Origin: Eledone cirrhosa
Taxonomy: Eukaryota
Assembly: GCA_964016885.1 (NCBI GenBank)
Contig: OZ024743.1
Location: 48,980,001-49,044,000, forward strand
Direction of reading: 5' to 3'
Length of the DNA stretch: 64,000 nt
Made by a program: the position numbers and the translations under genes. This document shows positions 46,201 through 58,718 of this stretch, piece after piece. The notes beneath the pieces are model-generated. The model made no database searches and was not told the DNA's origin. It saw only the letters and a program-made list of their open reading frames with translations. Every line of letters begins with the position of its first letter. Positions within the stretch are counted from its first letter, which is position 1.

Positions 46201-49200
46201 TATTAATAGGGTGGATTGGCAGTATCGGTGGAGGGTCAGACGCCATGCTTTCCAACTTAAAGTTACGGCCCTTGCCATTCTGAGTTCAAATCCCTTTACG
46301 ATCTGAGTTAAAATCCCACCGAGATTGACTTTGCTTTTCATCCTTACGGGGTCGATAAAATAAAGTACCAGCAATGCACTGGGTAATTGCTGGCCTTGTG
46401 CCAAAAGTAGAAACAATTATTATTATTGCCATGATCATCATTAAATTAGTGGATTGAATCATTTGAGCACCAGACAAAATGTTCTGTAGTTTATATTTCA
46501 TCTTTTTACATGTTCAAATCTCACTAAGGTCAACTTTGCTTTTCATCCTTATGGGATCAATAATGTAAAGTACCGGTCAAGAACTGGTGTTAGCTTAATT
46601 GACTAACTCCTACCCACAAAAGCGAGTTCAACATTGATTAGGTGCATGGGATACTTGTATGAGCGGGGTATTAAGGCTGGAGGAGAGTGGATGGGGGTGG
46701 GAGGATTACTGCAGGCTAGTGTTTCTTGTGCACTCCAGTGTCATCTCCTTTGTGAGGTTTAATTCTGCAAGGTCAGCTTTTATCACTTCATCCAAAGTTT
46801 TGCTAGGTCTTCCTCTTCCATAGTTACCATCAACTTTGAATATCCTGTACCTTTTTATACATCTGTCATCCTCCATACACATCACATGTCCAAACCACTG
46901 TCATCTCATCTCCTGTATACTATATCTGACCCCTCTTATGCCTAATTTCTCTCTCAGTTCACTGATGCTTTGTTGTTCATGCACACTACTATTACACATC
47001 CATCAGAGTATGTTTGCTTCATTTCTTTCCAATCTTTGTAGGTCCTCTACACACATTTCCCAGGTCTCACTTCCATGTTAACCTGCCTGAGATCCCACTA
47101 CATTTCTTATGTACCTATAGTTTGCATGTGGAACATAGGATGGAATTTTTACCTACTCCTTTCCTGCACACTGAGCAAGATCATTTCCCTGAGGGGATCT
47201 GGGTCCTGTTTACCTCTCTATTTACTAGGACCTTAGTCTTTGCCTAGTTGACTTTAAGACCTTTTGATTCTGGGACATGCTGCCAGGTTAAATTTTTTTC
47301 TCTAATTCTGCCATAGATTCAGCTATAAGGGTTAGATCATCTGCATACAGGAGTTCCCATGGGCAGCCTGCAGGGCAATAATAAACAGGAGAGGGCTAAT
47401 AACAGAGCCCTGGTGGACTCCTATCTGCATGCTAAATTCTTCACTACAGTCATTGTTAATCCTAACCTTGCTGACTGCTCCTCTATATGTACATGGATTG
47501 TACTGCCTTCACAAATCACGTATAAATTCATTTTAGCAGAAATTGTTGTAAATATATATTTTAGTAGAATGTTCTAACACATCTATAAATCTTAACATTT
47601 GAAAACATGATAGTCCCAAACACAGAAAATAACTGTACTAACAGTCGATCACTATTAATAATAGTCGAGAATAGGGAGTAAATTACCCTTGTTAAAATTG
47701 CATCATAACACAAACTAAAATTCCTCTTAAGAATGAAAGAATATTTCAGCCCCCATCAGTTGAGAATCCTCCACAAAACGAAAGTGTGTGGCCTAGCTGT
47801 TAGGATATTGAAGCTCCAATCATAAGGTTGTGAGTTCAATTCTCAGTTTGGTCAACACATTGTACTTATGAGCAAGACACTTCATTTCATGTTGCTTTTC
47901 ATTATATGACTGGGGATCCTACCATTAAAACACCCGAAAAACCTTATAGGAAGCCAACTAAACCTACATGTGTGTGAGCTGTAAATTTCATTTTCCACAA
48001 AGCATGGACAGTCTAACACCACCACCTGGCCCTTCATTGCCTTTAGCAGAAATAAACTGGAGACCTGTCCAAAATCGCAAGCATTTGGGCCAGGTCACCA
48101 TTTTCAGATATCTTCTACCTCCTTCCCACCATTTTTGGAAGGCCTGCAATACAGTCATGAGCATTGCCATTCTCTCCTTGACTAAACAAACACACACACA
48201 TCCTAGTTCCATATTAAAGTACTGCTAGCATCTATGGCATGGTGCTTCTGCTATACACATATGTAAATATTTTAGATTTTATGTAAAAGAAAGCCATTTG
48301 AACTCAGAATGCAGGCAGCTGGAACAAATATAAGGCATTTTGTTCTATTCTTTAACAATTCAGCCAGTTTGCTGTCTACTGTTGACTGTTGAAAAAGCTG
48401 CAAATGACTTAATGGTAGCTTAAATATTAGATTACTGAGGGCCATTGCAGTATCACAGACACAGAGTGAGACCAAGAAATCCAGGGAGACATATAGAGGC
48501 AAAAAGAAGCATGATAGTAATTCAGAGTCAACTAAATGAAATGGTAACATTGTTACTTACCGACATTTAACTTTTCTGTGAGTGGTTCTATGTTGAAGAG
48601 ACGTAAACCAGTATCTGAAGCACAGCTGAAACATCCTGTCACAATGGTTAAATATAATGAGATTAACAAACTAGACAAAACTAACAATACAAGGCCATTT
48701 TCCCTACTGAAGAAGGGGTTAACTTTGCAGGGTCCCATCACAACATTTGCCTATTATATGCATCATTGTCACCAATTTTCATTTCATCCTCCAATATCTT
48801 TATTCATGCCTTACTTGATCTCTCTCTTCCTTTACTTCCTTCTATATTTCCATCACTCTAACACCTCACCCAGTCACTTTCATCCTTCCTTAACATATGT
48901 CCCAACCATCTTATTCCATTTAAGAATCATGTCAATATAACATTTATAGAAGAATATAGACACAAGCATGGCTGTGTGGTTATGAGCTTTTCATCCACAT
49001 TACTTCAAGTTCAATCTCACTGCTCAAAGGTGATCAATGCCGTATAGTTATATATATGTGTATGTGGTGAGTCTTCATAGCAACACTATTTAAAAGCAGG
49101 CGGTTATCTCTCGCACCATAATGGTTTGATGTAAGTGAGTGACATATACTTAAAAAAATATGAGTTGGCATTGTGAAGAATATCTGACAGAAAAATGCCA

Positions 49201-51139
49201 CCAAAAAAGTCTGACCTAACCCATGCCAGCCTGGAAAATTGTAATGTAAAATTGATGAATATGAATGACTGGGGTAAAATACCCATGAGAGCCTGTTGCA
49301 TGAAACTAAACAGCAAAGTGAGCACTTTATAAGTTATACATATCATTAGTTATAATCACATGCTTAGTTATACAAGCTGTTAAGCCACTTAGTATTCATT
49401 CATAAAAAAACCTATATCTCTCCCTATTATTGTTAAGCTCTTGTAGTTACAGTTAAACTATGATTCACTGATGAGCTCTAATAAGACCAAAATATGTTTA
49501 GAGTTGTCATTGTATTGGTAAGATTAGACATACTCCACACTGCATTCCATATTTATTTAATGTTTCTATACCATATTTTGTGGTATATAAGACTTCCACT
49601 TCAGCAGAGTAGAAACAATTTTTTTTTGTAATTACAAGTCAACATCACATATAAGACCAGAATGATATATATTTTTAGCATTCTTTTTTTTTTTATTTAA
49701 GAACAAAAAGTGAATGATATATGCCATCAAATATAAACATTAAATGTCTTGGTTTACTACATCCTGAAGTTTACTATTAAAATTTATAAGTTAATAGTAA
49801 GTAAAACTGAATTGCACCCAACTCATATAAGTTTGGTCAAGGACACAATAGCACCACAGTGTCATAATGAGGTTGTGCTGGTGTTATAATAAAATGCCCA
49901 CAACCCACTCTGTAAATTGTTAGTGTCTGTGTCATGATAAAAAGCATCCAGTCCAACTAGTAAGGTGATAGTGCTGGTGCCATGGCAAAAAGCACCCAGT
50001 CTGCACTGTAAAGTAAAATTCCATAAAAATATGTACATTATTAAGATTATGATGAAACAATGTTGGTAGTGGAGAAGGTGTGCACTAGACTGTAGTTATG
50101 CAAAAAAAACTATACAGAACAAATATAGAGCAAATAAATCATGTAGAATAAAGAGTATTCCCTAAGTCTGCAGCATATTTGAAATTATGTCCGAGGAATT
50201 CAGATGTTCTAATCCATTTACATATTTTAATTTTTCTGGAACAACAAACTGAATGTTAAATAAACTTATTGATGAAGTATGTTTTAAAATACAACAGTTA
50301 CTTTTATAGAATGATTTATAGCTAAATATAAATACTATCAAATATATTTATGTACTTAAATCTCTTTTATATAAAGTCTACTGATGGTTCTGTGTACTGA
50401 AGAAAATGGAACCATTAAAAATAAGAATTTTTTTTTCAATTTTAGTCAGGGAGGAAGGGCAGTGCCAACGACACTTTTTAGAGCTTCTAACATTGGTGGG
50501 AGAGAGAATGGTCTCCTCAAACTGAAGACTTGGTCCAAATACTTGTTACAAACTAGACTCCATAAAAGCACACAAGGGCAAAATGGTGATGTTAAACCAA
50601 GCAATAGATTAAGTTTATCATCCAAGTAGGCCACAGCATGTCTGAATTTAAAATATAGAGCTAGAACAATTGCCACAAAGTATTTCCTCCAATGCTCTAA
50701 CAATTCCATCAATCCACTGCCCAAACAAGTTTTTCTACTTAGTCTTAAGAAGAAAACTGAAGAAATTGAGCTGACTATATACCATCATGATGACTGCTTT
50801 CTATGCTGGTATGAGTTTGACAGGGGATTACAGTCAGAGTCAGTTCTTTTTCCAGCTGGACTCCCTTAACATCAACAACTTTACAGAGTGTAGTGGGTGC
50901 ATTTTATTGAGGCACTCATACTAGAGAGGATGCCGTGTTCACTGCAAAACTAAGAGAACCTCACTCTCCACACTAGGCAGTCTGTGCTTTGAAGGCAAAC
51001 TAAGAGAATGGTGACTAAGAGTTAAAAGAGGAGAAAGTATGATTTAAATGCGAAGGAGGGACATACTAAAATAATGATAATAAAAACAATTACCGTGGTC
51101 TTGATTAAATCTCAAATTATTGATAACTGGCTTAGACAT
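30962..51139 (-). CDS. WDR45: WD repeat domain phosphoinositide-interacting protein 4 (WIPI4), 11 coding exons, 342 aa
   Basis: Exons join in phase with GT-AG introns (1029 nt). LRFNQD, LRRG motif, [21 protein letters not shown] and [14 protein letters not shown] match WIPI4 rather than WIPI3. Confidence 0.96.
32186..32304 (-). CDS. WDR45: WDR45 coding exon 10
   Basis: [39 protein letters not shown]; cag/gtaagt. Confidence 0.95.
32365..32540. repeat. 20-bp minisatellite, ~8-9 copies
   Basis: GTGTGAGAGGGGTTGTATGT. Confidence 0.92.
32612..32930 (+). mobile_element. tRNA-derived SINE (second family)
   Basis: TTAGTGGTTAGAG..GAGTTCGAT head followed by CACTTTATTTCACATTGCTCCAGTTCACTCAGCT, as at 58716 and 61948. 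Confidence 0.7.
32974..33075 (-). CDS. WDR45: WDR45 coding exon 9
   Basis: [33 protein letters not shown]; cag/gtgagt. Confidence 0.95.
33121..34363. mobile_element. Old TIR element (pogo/mariner-like) hosting two nested MITEs
   Basis: TACTGTATTTTCTGGCATATAAGG ... CCCTATATGCCCGAAAATACGG. Confidence 0.55.
33480..33703 (+). mobile_element. piggyBac-like MITE (TTAA-CCCTTT termini)
   Basis: TTAACCCTTTAGCATTTA...TAAATGCGAAAGGGTTAA; copies at 25077, 33929-34153, 36141-36347 (-), 38959-39186 and 58117-58322. Confidence 0.85.
34385..34740 (-). mobile_element. RTE family 3'UTR fragment
   Basis: Reverse complement of the 19740-20168-type sequence. Confidence 0.75.
36456..36541 (-). CDS. WDR45: WDR45 coding exon 8 (LRRG phosphoinositide-binding motif)
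   Basis: [28 protein letters not shown]; cag/gtatgt. Confidence 0.96.
36621..36904. mobile_element. hAT (Charlie-like) MITE
   Basis: CAAAGGTCCCCAACC...GGTTGGAGACCACTG with 8-bp TSD CTCTAGAC/CTCTAGAT. Confidence 0.8.
37716..37838 (-). CDS. WDR45: WDR45 coding exon 7
   Basis: [41 protein letters not shown]; aag/gtaaat. Confidence 0.95.
38801..38874 (-). CDS. WDR45: WDR45 coding exon 6
   Basis: [25 protein letters not shown]; tag/gtcagt. Confidence 0.94.
39397..40105 (+). mobile_element. RTE LINE 3' fragment
   Basis: [31 protein letters not shown] and (GAT)n tail. Confidence 0.9.
40739..41777 (-). mobile_element. RTE LINE 3' fragment, inverted relative to the 39397 copy
   Basis: The 41064-41681 ORF is nearly identical to 18741-19664 and 39408-39722. 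Confidence 0.9.
42598..42692 (-). CDS. WDR45: WDR45 coding exon 5
   Basis: [31 protein letters not shown]; poly-T cag/gtaaca. Confidence 0.94.
44106..44202 (-). CDS. WDR45: WDR45 coding exon 4
   Basis: [33 protein letters not shown]; tag/gttaga; phases fit the neighbouring exons. Confidence 0.9.
44570..45669 (+). repeat. 73-bp tandem array (~13-14 units) derived from the interior of the piggyBac-like MITE and ending in the MITE right TIR
   Basis: Units start at 44583, 44656, 44729...; the array ends ...GGTTTAAATGCTAAAGAGTTAA. Confidence 0.9.
46039..46143 (-). CDS. WDR45: WDR45 coding exon 3
   Basis: [34 protein letters not shown]; cag/gtaata. Confidence 0.95.
46210..46415 (+). mobile_element. 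CORE-like SINE
   Basis: Near-copy of 3438-3620. Confidence 0.8.
46740..47500 (-). mobile_element. Degenerate RTE LINE fragment
   Basis: Homologous to the RT/finger/C-terminus of 7757-8900, with deletions. Confidence 0.8.
48561..48635 (-). CDS. WDR45: WDR45 coding exon 2
   Basis: [25 protein letters not shown]; cag/gtaagt. Confidence 0.95.
51094..51139 (-). CDS. WDR45: WDR45 coding exon 1 (start codon)
   Basis: [16 protein letters not shown]|gtaatt; splice acceptors lie just upstream of the ATG. Confidence 0.93.
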
Positions 51140-51284
51140 CCTGTTGTTTTAAAACTGAAAGATGAATTCTGTAAAGAAATGATAATAGAACACTTTTAGT
51201 TAAACATCAAAAAGACATAAACAAAAAGGACAATGTTTGCTGGATGTAGTAGTATCCCTGTTAAAGCATGCAATTTAGGGAGTA

Positions 51285-51545
51285 CTAGGATTTTTTCAAC
51301 ACGCTGACGCGTATGTGTATATGCATACATTTATATGTACGAGTATATAAATATAAATGTGCAAACACAAACACACTTACAAAAATACACACTCACAGAC
51401 ATACATTCACACAAATACACAGCGTAGCAAATGAAAAGCCAACCACCGTTTTGCTATAGTTTTTTTTCACCATCCCCTTCCTTCCTTTTACACACACATA
51501 TATTGTGTAACAGACGGACGGAAGTCGCTCAAATTTATATATAGA
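51285..51545 (-). mobile_element. Non-autonomous Helitron-like element
   Basis: Minus strand A|TCTATATATAAA ... ACGC-GTCA-GCGT hairpin ... CTAG|T. Confidence 0.55.
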
Positions 51546-53677
51546 TGTATGCCTTTTTTCTGATTCATTTTAATGCTTGTTTATTATATGAAATATCTAA
51601 AAAAAAAAAAAAGTTTTAACTGCAATTATAAACAACTAAACTCACTAATCTTCAAACCAGCATCTCTCCTCAGTATTCAAGTCTGCTCATACTTTATGTA
51701 GTCGTTCAGTATAGAAATTAAAGATTTGTTAACTTATAATACAATTTTCTAGTTAATTAATTGGTAACAGATAGTTTCGTGTGTATTTAGTAAGCTGTCG
51801 ATAATTATATAAAACACATATCAGAAATTAACAAGACCAACAAACATAACAGATATAGAACTTGGAAACAATATATTATGTATATTGGTGTTGTTTAGTC
51901 CCAAACGGGCAATCCTAAACCTGTTTATATATATAAAAACACAGACAATAAAATAAAAGAAAAGATGTCAATGTTGACCTTTCAATTTTTATTATTGATA
52001 AATTGAATGATTCGCAGTCATTAGTCACCCATCAATAAATTAGCTGAACAAGGCAAGGTAATTGAAAGTCCTAGAAATTATTATCTAAGGTTGCGATAAA
52101 ACTTGCATGTTTCATTTTATTGTTGGGGGTTTCTTTTCATTTTATTGTCTGTTATTTTATATACCTAAAGCGAAACACCACACTCGTGACCATTCCGCCC
52201 TTCTAGGCTATACCTAAGACTACAATATCCAAAACGTAGTTCCGTTTTTAAGACGGTAGAGTGCAATTTCAGGGAGATTTGACTGCTATTACTAGCATGT
52301 CGAGCGACCACGTAGAGACTCCATAGTTAGCTCGTGTTTACTGCTTTATTTACCGATTAGTGAGTCAACACAAGTACGTGTGAGTGGGTGAGTTAGGACG
52401 AACGGGTATGTGTAATGGTGTGACACTTAAACTACATTACATAATGCGTGAAAGATAAATAAATGTATTGAGAAGTAAAACTTATAAAGTGGTTTTTCTA
52501 CAATTGAAAGGGAATGTACCAACACAGGCCATTTACACATATACGGGTGTGTGTGTGTATATATATATATATATAACTGACCAAGAACAATATCTCAAGG
52601 GCTGCAGACTCGCTGCGAAACAAATCCGCAGCCCGTAAGAGATTCTCAATAGATTAAATATACTCCGCAATCCCAATGTATTGAATTCTTTTTTGAACTG
52701 TGAATTCCCTAATTATGCGATTACGTGATATATATATATATCAACGAGAAAAGAGTATTCAACACATAATAGAGTTTATTTCTAGAGGTAGCTGCGATAT
52801 GTTACGGGCACTGTTCCTCTTCTGAGTAGATGTTGACTGATAGATAGATATATAGCTTCTATTTAATCTTATTAGATAAAGTGAAAGTGTGTGTGTCGAA
52901 TTTTGACAAATAAATATTATTTCACTCTTTTTTTTTTAATAAACAGAGGCAGTAAAAGATATCCAGTCATGCAGCTATTGTTATTCAATGCGTATTATAT
53001 AAACGGGGTCGATAAAATAAAGTACCAGTAATGCACTGGGTATTTGCCGGCCTTGTGCCTAAAGTAGAAACAATTATATAATTTTGTCCAGTCTCACATG
53101 TATTGTAACCCCTATGTTTATTGTATTTTATATACAATGTTTTGTAGCTAATAAAGAATTTATTATAACGCCAGCCTTGGTAGACAGCTTGACCAGTGGT
53201 CATTACGTCGTAGCTATTTAGAGCCACACTAGACCTTCTAAAAAAGCACACGTCTCTCAAACCACACCCTAATCTTAAAATAGGAGCATATAGAGAATAA
53301 ATGTAATCCAAAAATACATAGATGGGAGAAAAACGGGATCATTACGACTGGAAAGTCTTAAATTATAGTGTGCTGAATCTTCACAAATTTCTACTTCGTT
53401 ATACACTCATACAAACAACAGGTACAAATACATTTATTGCATATATATACACACATAAATGCGAGTATATATGATATACATATAAATGTTTTTAATATAT
53501 TTCAATTTTACTGTTGTCATTAAATTTTGATATAAATTATATAAAGGAAGCAAATGCACAATAACACTAATGATATGTATAAGTCGAGTTAGATGAAGTG
53601 TTTAAAATATCTACGAATAGATTTAACCTAGAGTGTTATATTATTTTCTACACCAATATCTAACTGTTGTGGAACTA

Positions 53678-53720
<43 letters not shown>

Positions 53721-54071
53721 CAGTGGAATATGATAGTGTACATAATATCAAACTATCGTAATTACGCGTGTTTATATGCGATGAATGTTATTGTGAACAT
53801 CGATTGTTTATATTAGTGTATATACCATCTCTCTCTCTCCATATAAACACAAGAATACACATACACACACATATATATATCTGTGTGTGTGTGTATCAAT
53901 GCAGATGAATATTTAGTTGAATGATATTTATATATACATAACAGACAATACAAACAAGGAACTGTAAATATATAAGTATCAAAAAAGATATCGCATTTAT
54001 ATAAAACATACTCGACTTTTTCGCGTATGATGAGTTTAGAAGAAACGTGGATACCAGAGATGTGTACTTAC

Positions 54072-54180
54072 CTTCATGGGTATCACAGATAGTTGTAGAT
54101 ATTTATTGAAAAGTCCAAGCGACTCCTACATGTTCTGTTTAGTAAACATCAACTGACCTACAACACTCAGACTACTTCAC
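54072..54180 (-). other. WDR45: Probable non-coding first exon of WDR45 (5' boundary approximate)
   Basis: Perfect donor AAG|GTAAGT at 54072; the acceptor before the WDR45 ATG implies an upstream exon. Confidence 0.6.
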
Positions 54181-54457
54181 CCGGATATACAAAAGAAACA
54201 GGTCTGGGTATTACTAAAACACAACCAGATTTCTGATGAAATATAGAATATAATAATGAAATCGAAATTAATTTTAAGTTTACATACTTATGATTGTTGT
54301 ATTATTAAAGGTAGAATATCTTAATTCTAAATAAAAATGTTAAATTGTTAGGCATTCATTTATATTTTACAGTTTTTATTAATTAATAGAATGTTTTGGT
54401 TCGTATTTCGTTAATTTTATTATCACCTTTGTTTTCCTAAGTCAAGTTAAAAGCAAC
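54180..54457. promoter_or_regulatory. Putative bidirectional promoter WDR45/RBM22
   Basis: Divergent first exons <400 bp apart; repeat-free; ETS-like CCGGAT at 54181. Confidence 0.55.
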
Positions 54458-54511
54458 ATGGCTACTGCCAAGAGTGCCAACACTTACAACAGGCAAAACT
54501 GGGAAGATTCG
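54458..54511 (+). CDS. RBM22: RBM22 exon 1
   Basis: [18 protein letters not shown]|gtgagt. Confidence 0.95.
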
Positions 54512-57500
54512 GTGAGTTTATATACATTTTTACTTTATTTTATACAGGCAATGTATTCCTATGTAAATATTTAATTAATCTAAAATAAACCTGTTTCTAC
54601 GTTGTTTAGTACATCTATAATATACATTTATGTATATTACACTACACACCATTTCAATCTTCGCACGTATTTTGCTCAAAAGTCTATTCCCGAGCAAAAG
54701 AGGATTACGAAGGAATATTGCTTGTAGAGAAGCGGTTCATTTGGTTGTCATCGATGCCGAATCAATATGATATGAGCCGAATACTTGTAGAATTGGGAAT
54801 TCTCGACATTAAATCTCATAATATTTCATCCGATTCAGCGTATTTACACGTTAGAGTTATGTTTACAGTCCAGTAGGGTTAGGGCCCCTCTGTCGACTTG
54901 TGTGTGTATGAGCCGAACATGCGGTGTGAAGCCACTGAATCATAAAATATTTTCATTTTCTTATTTTGAGATCTATTTTCAATTTGTAATGTTTTATATA
55001 TATATATAACGAAGGAAGTGTGGCAAGGAACCCGGTGGACCATAACACACCAGAGTACTCGATACTATGGGTAGTAGAGTGGGTAATATAAAAAGAGCCA
55101 GAACCCCCACGGCAGAGCTCAAGCAGTTTCGGCAGCTATTTCTGAACTGAAATATTGTCGAAATGGCTTGAGCTCTGCCGTCGGGGTTCTGACTCTTTTC
55201 ATTTATATATATATAATTTAATAAAAACTTTACTCTGTTATAATTGTGCATATAACAATTCGCTGAATCAAGGCAGTGTAAGTCTTACACTTTTGAAGAT
55301 AACCATGAATATGCTGGTCTTGCAGACTCAATCATTGTCTGTTACCAAGATAAGCAGAGGTCAACAGCATAATAAAGCACGAGCCACTAAAACATGAGGT
55401 TTTCAGTATTCTGGAGCTTGTGGGTCTTGGTTGCAGTGAAGGATGCAAACCAAAGAAACATTTTATGTCCATCTTCCATGCTGGCATTGGTTGGCTAGGT
55501 TGTCATGATCTAATTAAAGAACCACGTCTCACTCATACCTTCTATTTTGAGAATGGGTTCAATGGTTGCATGCACTTTTGAGCAACAACCACTTTACAAG
55601 GTGCAGTTGTTGCATTTTATTGTGGTACCAGTTCTAAAGAATCTGTTATGTCCTCATCGTGACAGAAGGGTCCTCTCAATAAATATTATTTTAATTACAA
55701 AAATCCCTAGTATTATTGACATTAAATTTGAAATATGACAAACATTTCATCTAAAATTGATTCTGAGCTTCTTTTGCATTTTAAAGGCACCTTCCCTTGC
55801 CCAGCTTCTCCATTTTCACTTATCTTCCACATCCTCCTTACCAACCGCCTAGCTTTCATTTTCTCTTCCATCATCTTTTGCCATGTCTTTCTTGGTCTTC
55901 TTCTTTCTCTACTTTGTTCCACACTCATTTTCATCATTCCTCTCACTCTGTCACTTTCATCCTTCCTCAACACATCACCCAACTATCTCATTCCATGTCT
56001 CTTCCCAAAATTCATTACAGACTTAATTTCCATCACCCTCTACAATTCATTGTTTGTCTTCCTCTCTCAGCAATACTCTGCTTATCCACAAGACCATTCT
56101 CATTTCCATTCTTTCTTGTCTTCTCTGTTGTTTCACATTCATCACCCATGTCTCATAAATCATGGCACTTCTCACACATGTAGCATTCACTTTTTTCTTC
56201 ATTTTCAGCAACATATTGTGTAAATATATTGTAATTTATTCTTTCAGGAGTTTCCAGTACTCTGCCAGACATGTCTTGGAGACAATCCTTATATAAGAAT
56301 GGTAAGGAAGCTAATTTATGTCCAATAAGTAACAACTGAATATTCTTGTATCTAAGCCACTTCTCATATTCATCATTATCTTTCTGTTTTTTATCAATTA
56401 TTTTCCAGTATCTTTTTCAGTATTTACTCTCCTTTCTTTCTTTTACCACAGATGAAAGAGAAATATGGCAAGGAATGCAAGATCTGTGCACGGCCATTTA
56501 CTGTGTTTCGATGGTGTCCTGGGGCCAGAATGAGGTTCAAGAAAACTGAAGTGTGTCAGACATGTTCTAAGTTGAAGAATATTTGCCAGACATGTCTTTT
56601 GGATTTGGATTACGGTTGGTTTTGTTTTTTGCAATTACATAAGTTCTTTGTATATATGTGTGTGTGTGTGTAGTATTTGGAGTAAGTATAATGGAATGCT
56701 TCCAATGCCTTTGGAGTGGAATTGATAAACAGAAAGTATGTGGAAGTCCATTATGTATGTATATATTTCATCATCAGTTAATGTCTGTTTTTCTTGCTAG
56801 CAAGGGTTGGACAGGTCATTACAGACCAAATCAGAACTTAATCAGATCCATGGACTTCTCAGGCAGGCCAGGGGCCCAGATTTCATTTGTATATGGTACT
56901 TGCACTCTACAAAGAACTTTAAGTTCATTCAATTGCAGCACTACACTATGGCAAGTTTTCTACAGTCAAATGCCCTTCCCATCTCCAACCTATATATATA
57001 GGTCCAACCCTTACTAGCAAGCAAGGAGAACAGACATTAAACGATAATAATGATGGTAGGTGTGTATGCGTGTTTATTTCCACATGTCTCCATATTGAAA
57101 TGAGTTGAGTAGGCGGTGGCACATGTCTATGTCGTGCTGCTCAGTGATTGGATGTGTGAAGTCCAGTGAAACTAGTAGCCATGAAGAAACAGCCTTAAAG
57201 AATCTAATCCATTCCATGCTAGCATGGAAAAAAGAACATAAAAGCATTGATGGTCATAATGTATGTGTGATATGGTTTCTGTATATAAAACTAAAATACA
57301 CTATTATGATATGAACTGTAATTTATATGTGTAGGTCTCCCTGTCCAAGTCCGAGATGCTGCTCTCAAGTTACAAGACAACATTCCTAAATCAGATGTCA
57401 ATAAGGAATATTATACTCAGAACATTGAAAGAGAGGTAAGTTATTTCATATTGTTGTTGTAGTAGTGGCAGCGGTAAAGTACCAAAGAAAATACTTTTAA

Positions 57501-58683
57501 ATATTTGGTAATGTCCCTCACTCCCTCTCTCTATAGGCACATCAACAACACCTTAACATTATCCTAAAAACATTAACCCTTCCACTCAGTGCAGACAAAC
57601 ATTAAGAAAGCAAAAAGATACTGACTGAAATAACTAATATTCATAGCCTCTTGCTTACTATAGAATGTAGCTGTCCTCTTGAAGCTCCTATCATTCTTTC
57701 TTTCTTGTAAAAAAGGTTTAAAGTTTATTAAAAGATTTTGGTCATACAACTGACCAGTTAATGCTACTATGCGAGCTTGAAGCTGGCCAGGCATACTGTC
57801 AGTTTGATTTGTCTTCTCAGACATATGAGACTTTCTTCCCAGTTCTATAATCTACTAGCTGTTGGTTTTTAACTCACCTTCCTAGTATTCATTACACATC
57901 ATCTATTGGAAGGGTACATGCTCATCTGCATGATATACAACAGAATCATTACAGTCTAATCCTAGACCTTATATTGGGAACAGGGTGATGTCGTAATACA
58001 ATTTTGTCTGCAACCTTTGCAGATGCTATTGTTCTGGGTCAGAAGAAATTAGTAGTGTCAGCTCATTCTTCTCAATATCTAGTGTTTCCCAATACAAGAC
58101 TGACACTAGTTGGAGTTTAACCATTTAGCATTTACATTACTCTATATTTACTATTATATTTACACAGTAAAGGCTTCATCTCACATAATATCGAATCTAT
58201 GAGATTTTGATATTATTTATTTTGAAAACAATACCTTAAAATCAGTATAAATGGCCAGTTTAAACAGAAAGAGGTGAGAAAATTCTGGCCGGATACAGCT
58301 GGTTTAGATGCTAAAAGGTTAAACTCACATCCAGGACAAATCAATCGCCTTGTTATTCCCAAACACTGAATACACAGCACCAATGGGATGAGTACCCCCC
58401 ATGATAATAAGAGAGGAATAGCAATTGATGTACTCTGGCTGAGTCTAACTGGCTTGTCTCAACTGTGGCCGCTTCCTCAAAAACATTCAGAAATAGATCG
58501 GATAAATTGTCACACTGCATCACACATGATTAAGTCTGAGTATACTGTATGGTCTTTAGTCCGGTCAAGATATGGAACAATCTGTAAACCATGTCTTGGT
58601 ATTTGGCTCACCTCTTATAGACATTACTACAAAACACAAACAACCTTGGATAGAAGTGGAAAATTGATACTGTTAGGATTTGA

Positions 58684-58718
<35 letters not shown>

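Noticed and set aside
49467-49505. Hammerhead-like CTGATGA motif (also 28043 and ~23365-23430 minus)
   Set aside because: GAAA or the stems are missing; too degenerate to call.
30962-51139. Assignment as WDR45B/WIPI3
   Set aside because: Diagnostic segments ([28 protein letters not shown]) match WDR45/WIPI4.
54660-54945. Intronic snoRNA in the CpG-rich part of RBM22 intron 1
   Set aside because: No convincing C/D or H/ACA box arrangement; likely promoter-proximal CpG retention.
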